From assembly GCA_000388065.2 (NCBI GenBank), contig KB932213.1: a DNA stretch of 63,988 bases, one strand, 5' to 3'. Position 1 is the first letter of the stretch. Each line of letters opens with the position of its first letter. The notes under the pieces were generated by a model. That model saw only the letters and a program-made list of their open reading frames with translations. It was not told where the DNA came from and did no database searches. Of this stretch, positions 10,255-23,639 are shown one piece after another. A program made the translations under genes and the position numbers. The stretch is from Fonticula alba ATCC 38817. Taxonomy: Eukaryota > Protista > Nucleariida.

Positions 10255-13200
10255 ATGAAGCAGGACAAGATCACGGCCTCCCTGCGGGACGCCTTCTCCT
10301 CCTCGAGCGTGGAGCAGGCGCCCGGGCCGGCGGCCGCCTCGCCGGGGTCGGCCGGCCCGCCGGGCTCCCTGCCGCAGCATGCCGATGTCCTGGGCAGCCC
10401 GCCGGCGAGTGGGTCGGCCCCGGGGTCGGCCGGGTCGCAGGGTCCCCGGTCGGCGGATGGTCCCCCGGGCCGGGGCCCGGCCCTCGGGCCGGGGCCTGCC
10501 ACTTTGACGGACCCCGGCGCGGCGGCCGATCTGCCGGAGCACTACGCCAGCCTGAACATCGAGGCACATCTGCTTGCCCTGGGCGAGCACCTGGCCAACA
10601 ATCAAACCCGCTCGGCCTTCATCTCGGGGGCCAGCTGCTCGGTGTTTGTGCCGCGCGCCCGGCCGGCCGAGGGGGACCTGCCTGTGGCGGAGGCCCCCTC
10701 GCCGGCTGACGGGCCCCCCGCCGAGGCCGACAACGAGACGGACCCGGCGCCGGTGGTCCCGGCCCCGGCCACCGGGCGCCTTGAGCGTGGGTCATCCTCG
10801 GAGCAGGTTCGCCCGCGCGGCGCCCCGGGCCCGGAGCCCTCCTCCGGCCTGCGGCAGGTTCCCGGCCTGGCCATCTGCATCTCCTCGAATGTTGCTCTGT
10901 ATACGGTGCGCTTGGGGAGGGCCAGTCCGGCCGGTAAAGTGGGCAGGGGGCGCGGGGGGGGGCGTGGGCGTGGGCGGCGAGCGGGCGGCGAGCGGGCCCA
11001 CCCCCCCCCCCCCCGGGGCGAGGCCTGCCCTTCTCCCGGCGCTCCGGTTGTTTGCCCTGTCTGACGGTCTTCCTCCCTGCTCCGGCGCACAGACCAATCT
11101 ATTTGACTCGCTGATCGGGCCGCTGGCCACGCATCTCCAATCGCCGGCGCTCCAGGTGTCCGACCTGCAGGTGGTACGTCCGCAGCCTACTTGCGTGTGC
11201 CATGCGCGGGACCAGTGCTTGGTGTCCTCTCTCTCCCTCTCTCTCTGCCTCCTCCTCTCGGGCGGCTGCGCCCTGGCCGGTGGCCGTCTCTGACCGGTGT
11301 TCGCCTGCCCGACCGGCTGACTGCCCTGCCGCCCGGCTGGCCGGGCACTGGTGTCGGCAGTTTTCCAGCTTCCTGGACATGCTGGAGGTCCTGCTGGCGG
11401 TGCCGGAAAAGTACTACGACTCGCAGGTGGTGCTGCTGGATGCCCCTGGCGCCGGGGACATCCCGGAGGCCCTGCCGCACTTGGACGGGCCGAAGGTGCC
11501 GGACTTGCTGCGGCAGCTGGTCCAGCGCGCGGAGGGGGCCGGGTCGGGTCCCGGCGGTGGGCAGGCCGCCCCGCAGGCCCCTTCGCCCTATGTCCTGGAC
11601 CATGCGCTGGCGGCGGCCGACATGACCCCCCGGACAGCACGCCTGGCCCTGCCCCTGGCCGGGAGCCTCCGCCAGCGGGGGCACCTGTACGAGTGGCTGC
11701 ACTTCGGCCTGCGGGTGCTGCTGAAGTTGGACCTGGCCGCGCGGCCCGTGGCCGCCATGATGGACCTGTCGGTGGACCCGCTCGGGGGCTCGGCGGCCGA
11801 GGCCTCCCGGCCGGCCAGCCCCACTGACTCGATCGATGGGGATGGCTTTGTGCTGGTCCCCTCGTCCCCGCTGGCCGGGGAGGCCGCCGGCGCCGTCGGG
11901 TCGGATGGCAGCGGCAGCGGCAGCGGCAGTGGCAGCGGCAGCAGCAGCGGCCCGGGCAGCCCGCCCTCGCCGCGGCTCGGGTCCCCGCATGCCGCCGGCC
12001 CCGTGCAGCAGCCCACCTCATCGGTGTCGCCGTCGATCACCCTGCCCACCTTTGTCCGGTCGCGCAGCGCCAGCATGGCAGCGGTCGGGTCGCTGTCGGC
12101 CCGGGCCGTGGCCCTGGACCTGGACCCCGGGGCCGGCACCGGCCCGACCGGCAGCCCGGCCGTGGGGTCTCCCTCGCCGGTGACCTCGCTCTCGACGTCG
12201 GTCCTGCCGCTGGTCGCGGCCGGCGCGGCATTGCAGCAGCAGCAGCAACTACAGCTGCTGCCGCCGCCGCCGCCCAGCCCGGGGGCCGATGCCGGCGAGG
12301 GTCTCCCCCCGGTGGGCACCATCGAGGGGCCGGCCCCGGCGGCCGTGCGGCATCCGGTGGATCGGCTGCGCTCGGCGCCCGCCTCGGCGGTCCCCTCGCC
12401 GGCCGCCTCGCCGCCACTGTCGCCGGAGCCGGCCCCGGCCCTGGACCCGATGCCGGGCTCGGGCCTGGCCGGCACCGCCTCTCCCACGCCCTCGGTGGGG
12501 TCGGGCCGGTCGCGCACCTCCTCGCTGGCTCAGCTGCCGGCGCTGGTCATCCCCCCGGCCGGGTCCCTGCTGGCCGAGGACCCGGGGCTGGCACACTTGC
12601 AGGCCCAGCGCCTGCGCACGGCGTCCATGTCGGCGCCGGGCCCGAGCAGCCGGTCGCCCACACGCCTGGATCCGGTGGCGGCGCGGCGCACACCAACCAC
12701 GACTACGACGGCTGCTGCTGTCGGCGGCGGCGGCGGCGGCGGCGGGCCGGCCTCGGCCCCCGGCCCGGCCGGCACGCATGTTCTCCTGCCGAGCGAGGCC
12801 GCGGCCCCGGGGCTGACGAATGCCGCGCGCCATGCCCGGGCCCTGGGCCAGCGCCTGGAGCGGGTTCTCCTGCGCCCGGTCCTGGCCGGCGGGCAGCCGG
12901 AGCTCGTGCGGCTGCTGCTGGAGCTGGCCCTCGGGGGGCGCCTGCCTGGGCTGGCGGGCCCGGCCGAGGCCGGCGGCCCCGGCAGCCTGGCCGGGTGGGA
13001 GCGTCGCCGGACGGCCCGAGCCCGGGCCCTGGCCCGGCGCCTCCTCCGGCAGGTGTCGCTCACCGGGTCGCAGGCGGCCGTGCGCGGGCTCTTCCTGGGG
13101 CTGGCCCATCCGCTGGGCCGGCCGGCCTGCGCGGCCTTTCCCCGGCCGCTGCTGCTGGCCGCCGCCCTGGACGGCTCGATGCAACTCAAGCAGACGCACA

Positions 13201-16200
13201 TTGCCCGGGCCCTGGCGCTGACATCGCGCTCGGTGGCCGGCGGCCATGCCTCGCTGGCGGCCCTGCGCGAGGGGGGCAGCGCGCTGCTCCTGGCGCAGGA
13301 CCCCCCGGGGCGGGAGGCCGGGCCCGGGTCGGCAGCCGGCCCGTCTCCGCTGCCGCTGCCGCCGCCGCCGCCGCCGCCGGAGAATTTGCTTCCCCTGCTG
13401 GAGGCGTGGGCCGAGGCGCAGAACCCGGCCACGTTGTCCGGCTCGCTGCCGTACCTGGGCGAGCTGGCCGGGGCATGGGCCGTGCCCGAGCGCCGGCTGC
13501 CCGCGGCCGAACTCCTGGCCGAGCAGATGTACAATTGCGAAAGCAAGCTCCACGTGCTGGCGGAGGTGCCACTGCTGGATGCCCTGCTGACGAGCATGCT
13601 GCGGGACCGGTCGCCGGAGCTGTTTGCCGCGGCCCTCCGGGCGCTGGTCATGTGCCTGCCGCGGGTGGTGGCCTTCTCGGAGTGCCGGCTCCCGGCGCTC
13701 TTCGGGGTGCTGCTGTGCGCGGCTGACTGGCTCCGGTGCTTGAACCGGGTGCTCTTGCGGTTGGAGTTGGCCCTGGCCGCCGGGACCGGGCAGGGCGACC
13801 TGCCGGGGGCCGGGGCGGCCACCGGGGCCGGGGCGGCCTCGCCGGCCGGCGGCCCGGTCTCCGGGCCGGTCTCCGGATCGGCCCCCGGCCCCGGGCCCAC
13901 GCCGGGCCGCGGCCTCCCCCTCAGTCGCTTTGCCACCAAGATGCAGCAGCGCCTGGCGGGTGCGGCGGCCCCGGCGTCCGGTGTCGGTGGCACCGGCAGC
14001 GCTGGCCCCTCCGGCGGGCCGGGCCCCGGGCCGGAGGACGACCGCGCGGCTCCGGGGCTTCCCACGTCGCCGGGGCTGCCGCCGGGCGAATTGGCCGGGC
14101 TCCTGCCGCCGGATCGCTTTGCCCTGGTGGCCTCCTTCCTGTCGGGGCTGCCCCAGCGTGCCGGCGGGGGCGGCGGCGGTGGCGGTGGCATGGGGCCGTT
14201 GCCGGCGCACGCCCGGCAGCCAGCCGCCGTGGCCGTGTGCCGCGGCTACTGGACCCGGCCGTGGGACACCTTCGCCCCGGTGGCACACTTGACCCCGGAC
14301 ATCGTGGTGCCGGTGCTGCCGCTTCCGGAGGCCGGGCCGGACGGGCCACGGGCCGCGGCGGCCCGGGTGTGGGCCGCCCACCAGCAGGTGTCCCAGCTCC
14401 GAGGCCAGATCGACTCGGCCCTCGGGCCCTTCCTCTCGCTGCTGTATACCCTCTGCCCGATGCATGTGTTTGAGCTGATGCGCGGCCTGGCCGTGTACAC
14501 GGAGCAGCCGGTGGCCCAGGCCCTGGGCCCGGGCCGGGCACACTCGCGGGCCCAGTCGGCCGACCTGGCCGGCGGCGGCCTCGATCTGACCGCCACGCCG
14601 GATGAGGCCCTGCTGCTGGATGTCGGCCACTCGCCGGAGGATGACCACCTGGTCAAGTATCTGATGGTGCGCACGCATACACACGCATGCACACACGCAC
14701 ACACAAACATAGGTCGGTGTTCATTTCGCGGAGTGTGCCCACTTCGACTGACACCTTCGAGGATGGCGTATCTCCTGCTCGGTCCTCTTCCTGTCTTTGT
14801 ATTTGCCCCTCTCCCCGGCACCCCTGCTCCGCCCCTGCTCCGCCCTCGTGGGTGGCCTGCTGCAGTCGCACCTGGCCCGGCTCCCCTTGCACCCCCACCT
14901 ATTCATGGGGTATGTTTCGGTCGGGTCGGTCTGCCAGTACGAGTCGTCGACGGCCCGGCTGTCACGCATCGACCCGGATGACCTGGTCCCTCGGTTCTCG
15001 GAGGCCAGCCTGGAGCTGGACAGCCAGGCGCCGGAATTGTCGCTGCGCGCGCTGCAACTGCTCCCCCCGGCCGAGGAGGATGAGGAAGCCCGTGCCGAGG
15101 CGGGCACCGCTCCCGGCGGGACACCGGGGCAGTCGCAGCCGCCGCCGCCGCCGTCGCAGCAGCAGCAGCAGCCGACAGACCTGCCGGCCCAGCCCCCTCC
15201 GCCTCGGCTGGCTCTCCTGCGCAGCGAGCTGCTCTTCGAGCGGTCCATGCGCGAACGCCTGACGGCCCAGCTGCGCCAGGTGCAGAATGACTCGCTGCAT
15301 CGGACCTCCTCCAGCCTGGCCATCCTGGCCACGACCAAGTCCATTCTCGGGTCGGCGCGATCGGCCATGTCGGCCGCGGCGCTGGCCGCGTCGCAGGGGG
15401 TCGTCGACCCCGGGGCCGAGGAGTCGGCCGGGGCTGGCAGCGGCGTCGGTGGCGCTGGCGCCGGCGGCCCGGCCGCCGGGTCCGCCGCGGCCCCCCTGCG
15501 AAGTCTGCTCTTCCCGCCGACGGCCGGCGCCGGGCCGCAATTGCTGGCCATCCCGCACGATGCGGCCTCCTCGTCGCTGGTGTCGGCGCACGAGCGGTCG
15601 GAGGCCCTGTTCGAGCAGAACCTGCGCCTGGCTTCGGCCTTGCGGTCGGCCGAGGCGGCCGCCGCGCAGGCTCGCGCTGACATTTTGTCCGTCCGCCGGA
15701 CGCGCGAGCTGTGGGAATCGTCGTTGCGCTCGCGGGTGGCGCGCTTCCGAGATGAGGCCCGCCTGTCGACCGAGCGGGCGGAGGCGGCCGACTCGGCTTG
15801 CGCCGCGGCCACCGCGCGCGCCCTCCGCGCCCAGCGCAAGATCGATGCCCTGGAGCGTGCGCTGCTGGCCGTGCAGGCGAATTTGGCCGGGTCCCCGGGG
15901 GCCGGGGATGCGCCCTTCCGCGCTGAGGCCGGGCTGCCGGCCAGCCTGCCCGAGGGTGGCTCGCCGCCCGAGCCCCCGGCCATGACGGCCGATGCCCCCG
16001 ACGAGCCCGAGGGCCCGACGGTGGCCGAGCTCCAAAGCCAGCTGCAGGCCCTGCAGCTGCAGCTCCAGCAGCGGGACATCGAGAATCACACCCTCCAGCA
16101 GCAGGCCGCCCAGATGGAGCGGACCATCCGGTATGCCCTCCGGCTGTTCTTCTTTTCCTTTCTTTTTTTCCCCTCCCCCCCCTCCCTCTTGGGATCCCCG

Positions 16201-17388
16201 GTGCCGGCCCACTGACTTGCGTCTTGCTTGCCCATCGTTCGGCGGGGGGGCGCCGGGTGCTTTCCCTTGCCGGCTCGCAGGCGCCTGGACCGGGACCTTG
16301 CCCAGTCGCAGCATGCGGCCGCCTTCGCCGGTGATCAGCTGGCCCGGGCGGCCCTGCAGCATGGCAGCAGCGAGTCGCTCCTGCGCCAGCAGGTGGACAT
16401 GTTGGAGGCGCGCTTGCGCTTGCAAGACCGCGCACTACGGTCCTCGCGCGCGGTCAATGTCCAACTCCGGGAACGCTGCCTCGTCCTGATGGGGCAGAAT
16501 GACTTCCTGTCGGCGCGGGCCCCCGGGCCGGGCAGCCTGGCCGCGGGCCCGGCATCTCGTGCCCCTGCGATGGGGGCGGCCCCCTCGGCCGGCCTGGCCG
16601 CCGGGCCGTCGGCGCTGGCGGCCCTCGCCATGCCGGACCCCCATGGCCAGGAGTCGGTCCTGATGATGCCCTCCAGCTCGCTGATGCCGGAGAGCCACCT
16701 GAGTGCGATGCTGGCGTCGCGACCGGCGGCCGGGGCCGGGGCCGCCATCGGCCAAGCCCGGGCGGCTGGTCCACTCGGGGCCGCCGACGCCACCGCCGCC
16801 GGCCGAGGGTCGGACTACATCGACGTGTCGGAGTCCTTCTGGGACCGTCCCTTCGCCCTGGTCAATGGCGGCGGGCCGGCCGGCCGGGCGGACGCCCGGC
16901 CGCCGCTGCCGACCCCGCACGCCGGGCCGGAGGCCCCGCCGCTGGCCTTCAGCCGGCAGGCCCCGCGCCCGGTGACCATCGCCAGCGGGCGCACCTCCCC
17001 GGATGATGACCCGGCCGAGGCGGCCTGGCGCGACCTGCACCAGCTGCCCAGCGATCAGAGCATCGGCAGCATGGACCCGGGGTCGGCGCTGCTGCGGGCC
17101 TTCGGCAGCGCCAGCGCCGGGCCCAGTCCCAGCCCCGGCGACATGCAGCTATTTGCCGGGGCCGGGCCCGGGCCCGGGGGCAGCCCGGCCGACGGGGGGG
17201 CGACCCTGCCCCTGGCCGGCACCACCCCGACCGCCGGGCGCCCGGGCGCGGCCGGCACCGCCGCCGCCGCCGCCATCGGCCCGCACCAGGTGGCCTTCTC
17301 GCCGGCCTCGCCGGCCTTCGTGTCGGAATTCATGGACAGCCCGGCCCGGCCGGCGGCGGGCCGCGGCGCGGGCCCAAGGAAACGCTGA
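10255..17388 (+). CDS. TSC1: Hamartin/TSC1-like protein, ~2,100 aa
   Basis: Exons 10255-10806, 11093-11173, 11361-14666, 14866-16130, 16281-17388 sum to 6312 nt, in frame. Hamartin core motifs: PLLDALLTSMLRDRSPELFAAALRALVMCLP...LFGVLLCAADW, FLSLLYTLCPMHVFELMR, LPLHPHLF, RLSRIDPDDLV. Coiled-coil start LLRSELLFERSMRE (cf. TSC1 LHNQLLYERFKR), followed by a long coiled coil. Confidence 0.85.
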
Positions 17389-17791
17389 TCCGTTGGCAGT
17401 CGCCCGGCATGGCGCCGGTCCCCGGGGCGGCCGCGGCCGGCGCGATCTCGATTGCGCCCGGCGGCGTCGCCGCGCGTCCCGGGTCTGGCTCCTCATCGCC
17501 CCCCGGGGGGGGGCCGCCCCTTCACATACCCTCTGTCTGCTCGCTCGGGCGTCGCCGGCCTGCGTCCGTCCTCGCCGCCGCTCTGCGGCTCCCCCGCCCA
17601 GGGGGGCGGGCGGAACGGCGGCGCCGGTGTGCCAATAGATTTTTCTCGCCCAGTCTTGCCCGAGTGTTCGCAGTGCTTCCGGCCTGTCCCCCCCCTCTCC
17701 CCGCTCTCCCGCATCATCTGCCTTTGCCCGATTCCACGTTGATTGTGCTCCTCGGCCGTCTCTCTGCCACCTCCCCATTCCGATCGTGGAT

Positions 17792-20700
17792 ATGACTGTC
17801 CCCCCGCAGCAGAGCTCGGCACCCGGCCCGAGGTCTGCCGCGGGCCCCCCGCCCGGGTCGTCCCCCTGCCCCGCGTCCCCGGATGGCGCCACTGGGGCAT
17901 CGGGCCCGGACCTCTCCCACTGCGAGACCCCCGGCCTGGAGTCCTCCTCCTCGTGCCTGGCCTCGGGGCATGGCGATCGCAGCCCGGTCCTGGCGCCGGG
18001 CCCGGCGGCGGACGCCCACCCGGCGTCCGAGATCCCAGTGGCATCGCAGTCGCCGGGTGCCCTTGGCAGGACGACGCCGACGCCGACGCCGACGATGACG
18101 CCACCGCGCGCGATTGGCGGCCCCACCCGCGCACGCGCTTCCACCCGCCCGGCCAATCAGCCGACTCTCTTCGACCTGGGCGTCAGCCAGACCCCGGGCC
18201 AGCGGCAGCGCGCTCGGCGCTCGGCGCCCCGGTCGCCCCTGACGCCGGTTCCCCCTGCCAGGGACGCCTCGTCGGCCCCCCCGCCGGCCCTTGCCGAGCC
18301 GTCGTCACCCACCAAGCACGAGGCAATGTGCCTGCTCGAGTCACCCACGAAGGGGCACTTGTCGCCAGCCACCGAGGAGAGCGTCGATGTGCGCTCTCCC
18401 TGCGGGGCGGGCGCCTGTCCGGCGGGCCATGGGCCCGGGGCCCCGCCGGCTGGCCGGCCGGACTTCGCCGCACGCGCCGATCGCCTCTCCTCCGCCACGG
18501 ATCCCCTGGGGGAGCATCTCTTCCGGTGGGTGTATGGGCACTTTGCGGTGGCCGGCGGGGACGCATGCAATCCATCCGCCTGCCAGGCCCCCCTGCTGGC
18601 CCCGGGGGCCGTGCTGCTGGACCGCTACCGGACGGTCACTGTGCACCGGCCGGCCGACGGTCGGCCGGTTGCGCGCTTCTTGCGGCCGCTTTCCCTTTTC
18701 CGCCTGCCCCTGTCGTCGTTGGACCGCTCGATCCTCTTCTATTTGGTTCGTCACCCGGCCTGTTGCTCCGGTCGGCTGGTTTCCCGCGCTGTGATTCCAC
18801 TCGTGCATCTGCGCACATCCGCACGCATATCTGCACATATCTGCTCATACCCGCATATATGTATATATGTATATATATATATATACATATCCGCACACTC
18901 ACATGCAACAAAACACATTCAACACCATACATGGCCGTGGAATGCCGGCCAGTTTGAGCACCAGGCCCCGCTGGTGTCGGGGCTGCGCGTGGCCCGGCGC
19001 TTTGCCCGGCTGCGCACAGTCGACCTGGCCTCCGAGCAGGATCCGGAGCATGAGGCTTTCCCCTCGGAGGGCGAGCCGGAGGATGGCCACGAAGAGTCGG
19101 CCCAAGGCCCGGGGCCGGCGGGCCCCAATCGGGTGTCCATTTGTCCCCTGTCACCGGAGGACTGCCTGCGCGAGGTGGCCCAGTCCCTGGAGCATTTGAC
19201 GTCCCTGGGCCTGGTGCGGCGCACCGGCGCCGTGGATGCCGCGGAAACCACGCCGCCGCTCGGGGAGCAGGTCATCACCCTCGGCCAGGCGGTGGCCCCG
19301 GCGGGCGAATGCCCGGTGGACGCCACGCACCTGCCGCCGCCCTCGGTGTGCATCTGCCAGGGGGCCGACCTGGCGGCCGCCTCGCCGGCCGACCTGGCCC
19401 TGGCCAACCAGCTCGAGGCCAGTGGCCGCCGGCTGAGTGCGCTGCTGGATGGCATGAAGGTGGCCGGCATTCGCCAGGCCCTGTCGCATTTGGCCTTCCT
19501 GCTGGATTTGGGGGCCGTGCGGGCCGGCCGGCGGCCGGAGCTCCTGGCCCTACTGCAGCAGCTGGATGCGCGACTTCTTGGGCAGGCCCTGCGCCATCGT
19601 GGGGGCTGTCCCTTCCGGGGCTTTTACCTTGCCACCCGGCAGCAGCTGTACCGGTACCTGCTGGCCAGTGCCCGACGCGAGGCCGAAGCTGGGGCCGGCC
19701 CGGGGGCCGGGCCGGCCGTCGCCCTGCTCAGTGGGTCGCTGTATGCGCTGGCCCCGGCCACCGGGGAGTGCATTCACGCCCTGCTGGCGCTCATGCTGCT
19801 GGACGAGCAGTCCATGCTGGCCTCGACCGCGACGACCGGCGGCCCGGCCGGCGCACCCGCCGCCCCGGCCGACAACCTGGCCTCGACCGAGCGCCGAGAC
19901 CATGGACAAGACCATGGCGAGGAGGAGGACGGCGCCGGGGCGCTGCCCGAGAGCCCCTGGGCCCGGGCGCGCTTTGTCCGCTGGGGCCGGCCGGACACCG
20001 GGCAGGCGGTCTTCTCGGCCGGTGGCCGGTCCATCGCGCGGGATTTCTACCACGCCCCGGCCGACGCCGGGCCGATGGTCGGCAACCTGCTCGAGGCACA
20101 TCCGCTCTGGCTGGCCTCGCTGCCCGAGTGGCCAGTGCGCCCGGTGGATGCGGTGACTTGCCTGCTGGATCCGCCGCCCGGGGCGGCCTTCCCGGGCCGC
20201 GTGCCGGCCTGCCTGCTGCGTGAGCGCCCATGCTGCCGGGGCTGCGCCGGGCCCGGGGCCGCGTGCACCGGCCCGGAGGTCGATCGCCTCCTGTGGCAGG
20301 GGGCTCTGCACCTGCGGCATATGACCTCGGCCCGGGCACTGGAGCGGCACTTCCGCTCGCTGCGCAGCGCCTTCGAATTCTCCTCGACCGCGGACCCGGG
20401 GACCTACTATGCCGCACGTACGTCCGGCCTGCTGGCCCACTGCCCGGCTCGGATGGATGACTGACACTTTTGCCGGTCCGGCTGCCTTGCCTCTTCTTTT
20501 TTTTTTTTCCCCCCCCTGGCCCCTTGTGGCCACCATGCATGCGACGTCGCCGGGCTTGGCCGCATGGGCCCCAGTGGCCGAGGTGTTGGAGCTGGCCCTC
20601 GGCCGATTGAATGCCCTGAAGCGCGCGGGCCTCTCGGCCGCCCCGGGCAGCCCGCTGGATGTGGACCTGGAGCATGGTCTCCCGGCCATTTACCGGCCCC

Positions 20701-23307
20701 TGTATGAGGCCCAGCCCGGGGCCGGCCTGCATGTGGAGAAGCGCCTGGCCGGCCTGCTGGACAGCGGCCCGGACGCCGGGTCGGCGCCTGCCTCCCTGTG
20801 GCGGGAGTCCGAGCCATCGCCCGCCGGGGATGCCTCCCTGGCTGCCGGGCACTTTGTGGCCTGCAGCGACATGGCCCGGTACGGGCATTGCTGTCTGCAT
20901 GGGGCCGAAGCCCCGATGGGGGATGCCCCGCCTGCCGGCGGTCCCCCGGCGGCGTGGGACTTCGGCGACCACAGTGCCGAGACCCCCTGGCGCCCGTCCT
21001 TCGAGCTGGACGAGCGCGCGGTCCTGGCGCGACTGGCCTGGCGCGGGGGCCAGCACCTGTGCCGCTGGGCCGCGGCCGTCGGGGCTTGCAGGGCCCCCGG
21101 CCCGGGGGATGCCGCCTCGGCCGCCACCGCCCAACGCATGCACCTTTCCAGGGCCCGGCAACTGGCGATGGACCTGCTGACAGCCTTGCTCTGGGGCCGG
21201 TCGCATGCACGTCGCCGGGGCCGGGCCTGGGTGGCCTTGGCCAAATTGTCCGGCGCCGCGCATGGCCGCTACGCGGCGGAACTCTGCCGCCAGGGTACGT
21301 GCACACATGCTGGCGAGGCCCGCTGCTGTTGGCTTTTGCTTGTCCCCCTCCTTCGCCCTGCTTTTCCCCATGCCCCTGCCCCCGGCCGGGGGGGGGGGGG
21401 GGGGGGGAGGCCAGGCGCGACTGGCCGCCTGCCCTCGCCCCCGGGCCCCCCTCCCTCGACCGTACCTCCCCCTCGGTGACCGGCCGTGCNNNNNNNNNNN
21501 NNNNNNNNNNNNNNNNNNNNNNNNNNNNNNNNNNNNNNNNNNNNNNNNNNNNNNNNNNNNNNNNNNNNNNAGTTCGAGCCGGCCAGAAGAGGGGCCAAGG
21601 GGGCACAAGGTGACTGGAGTTCGGGGGGGGGGGGGGGGGGGGGGGGGCATGTGTCCTCTTCTCCCGCTGCCCCGGGCGGTGCCTGACCTTGGCAATCTTG
21701 TCGCCTTCGCTGCGGGGGGCGTGGCCGATGCACAGGCCTGCGGGACCCGCTAACCTTGGCCGGGCCCCGGCGGGCGCTCTTCCACCATCTGTCTCGGCTC
21801 TTGCGATCGGGCTGCATCACCATGTGCTCGGCCACCGACACGGATGCCGACATGGAGGCCGACACGCACATCGTTAACCAGGCCCTTTTCTATGACCGCA
21901 TCGAGCTTCGCAAGGGTGCGTCGCTGATGCTGACTCACACCGGGCCTTTTTCTGCCACCCCCTCCTTCGGTGCAACGGCTGCCGCCGCCGCCGCCGCCCT
22001 GCGCTGACCGTCCACCGCACCAGTCATCCACCAGCGCACCGGTCGCCGGCCCATCCCCCTGTGGATTTCCCCCTCGCATCGCCATGGCACCTCGGTAGAG
22101 CAGGCCACACTGGATGTGTATCGCCTGCGCGGAGGGTGGCACGGGTGCCACGCCGAGGCGTCGCCCTGGCGGACGCTCTTCCTGGTGCTGGCCTACGACT
22201 CGGTCCTGGCACCGAGCTGTGATAAAGATGGTGCGGCCGCCCCTCGGCTTTCCTATCCCCCCCCCCCCCTCTCGCTCGGGGCCAGTGTGGTGCTTGTGCC
22301 TGCTGGGCCGGCTCGTGGGTCTGACTTGCCTTTCCTTCTGCCATCTTCCCCATGACCGCCACCTCCCTGCAGAGGGGGGCGCCTCGGCCTGGCGCCACCC
22401 GTACCAAGGCCTGCCGGCGGGCCTTCGTGCTGGCCCGGGCATCTTCTACCACATGCACTTCGCAGCCATCGAGGCCCTGGTCGCGGTGCGTTGCCAGTCT
22501 TCCCCCCCCCCCTCCCCCCCTTTGGTCCCTCTTTCCTCGCACGATGCCCCTGCCATGCGCACGGGGAAGGGACCCTGCCACTGACCTCGACCCGTGGCCC
22601 AGGCCGTCGAACAGGGCCACGCCTTGCATCTTTTCGACCAGGCGTGTCTCCGTCACCACATCAATGCCCCCTACCTGGCGCAGAATCTCACCGGCGGGGC
22701 TCCCCAAACGGTTGAGGGGCAGCGCTTCGCCAGCGACCGGCACTTCGGCCACTGGCCGGCTGTTCCCCTGCGCGGCCAAGTGCCGGCCTCGAATCCGCCG
22801 GATGCCACCCCCGGGGCGTGGCGCCAACCGCCGGCCCTGCGCGGCCTGGGGGTCGAAACGCTGGCCGCGGCGCGGACCCTGGCGGCGCTGGCCTCCCCGC
22901 GGCTTTTCTGGCCCGCGGACCATTTGCCGGGCGGCCTGGTGCCGCCTGCCGGGGCACGTGCTCCCCCGGTCAGCGCGGTGGCCGCCGTGCTGGCGGATGC
23001 CCTCCGGGCCCAGGCCTTCCACTGGGCCGAGGTGGGGTCCGGCCTGCCGGACTTGATGCTTTGGCGCCTGCCATTGGATGTGCCCTTCCCGGCGGCGGAT
23101 GTGGCTCTGCAACCGGGCCAAGCACCGGCTGTGCCCCCGGCGCAGCGGCCCCATCTGCTGTTGGTGGAGGTCAAGAGCCCCACCGACTCGGTGCAGCCGG
23201 CACAGGCGTGGTGGATGGCGCGCATGACGCGGGCCGCGCGCACCGCCTCGCCGGCCCTCGGCGAATTTGCCACGGGCGTTTGCCATGTGGGCCTCGCGAG
23301 CCAGTGA
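17792..23307 (+). CDS. FAN1: Fanconi-associated nuclease 1 (VRR-NUC, PD-(D/E)xK)
   Basis: Predicted exons 17792-18745, 18953-20417, 20575-21294, 21736-21915, 22024-22230, 22373-22485, 22603-23307. Motifs RGRAWVALA, GLRDPLT, SVEQATLDVY..GWHGCHAEASPWRTLFLVLAYDSV, WRHPYQGLP, GSGLPDLMLW and LVEVKSPTDSVQPAQAWW match the FAN1 TPR and VRR-NUC regions. Confidence 0.88.
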
Positions 23308-23639
23308 TGTTCCCCCCCTGGTGGGGAGAGCCGCCCGGGCTGGAAAATGCCCGCCAACAATCCAACCACAACCCTGGACCTGTTTTGCCGGGTGCATGCG
23401 CTGACAAGCCTCATCGCTGCCCGACCACCGGCCTCGGGGTGGGAGCAGCAGAGAGGCCGGCCAGGGGAGGGAGGAACAAGGAGGAAGGCCATGGGAAGAG
23501 CCACAGCGAGCGGGTAGGTATATTCTGTTGGACACATGCTGACCTCGGCCAGGGGTGAGGAGGAGGGGGGGGGGGGAGAAGAAGAAGGCAAAGGGGAGAG
23601 GGAGGATGTGGCAAAAGAGAAAGGCATGCGTGCACACGC

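Noticed and set aside
7523-14702. Very long Arg/Pro/Gly-rich ORFs overlapping SEL1L and TSC1 on other frames or strands
   Set aside because: Expected by chance at this GC content. Several run through N-gaps, and the homologous frame is already identified.
14909-14937. Possible mini-intron GTATGT...CAG in TSC1 exon 4
   Set aside because: Its 28-nt length would frameshift the conserved downstream hamartin motifs, and read-through is open.
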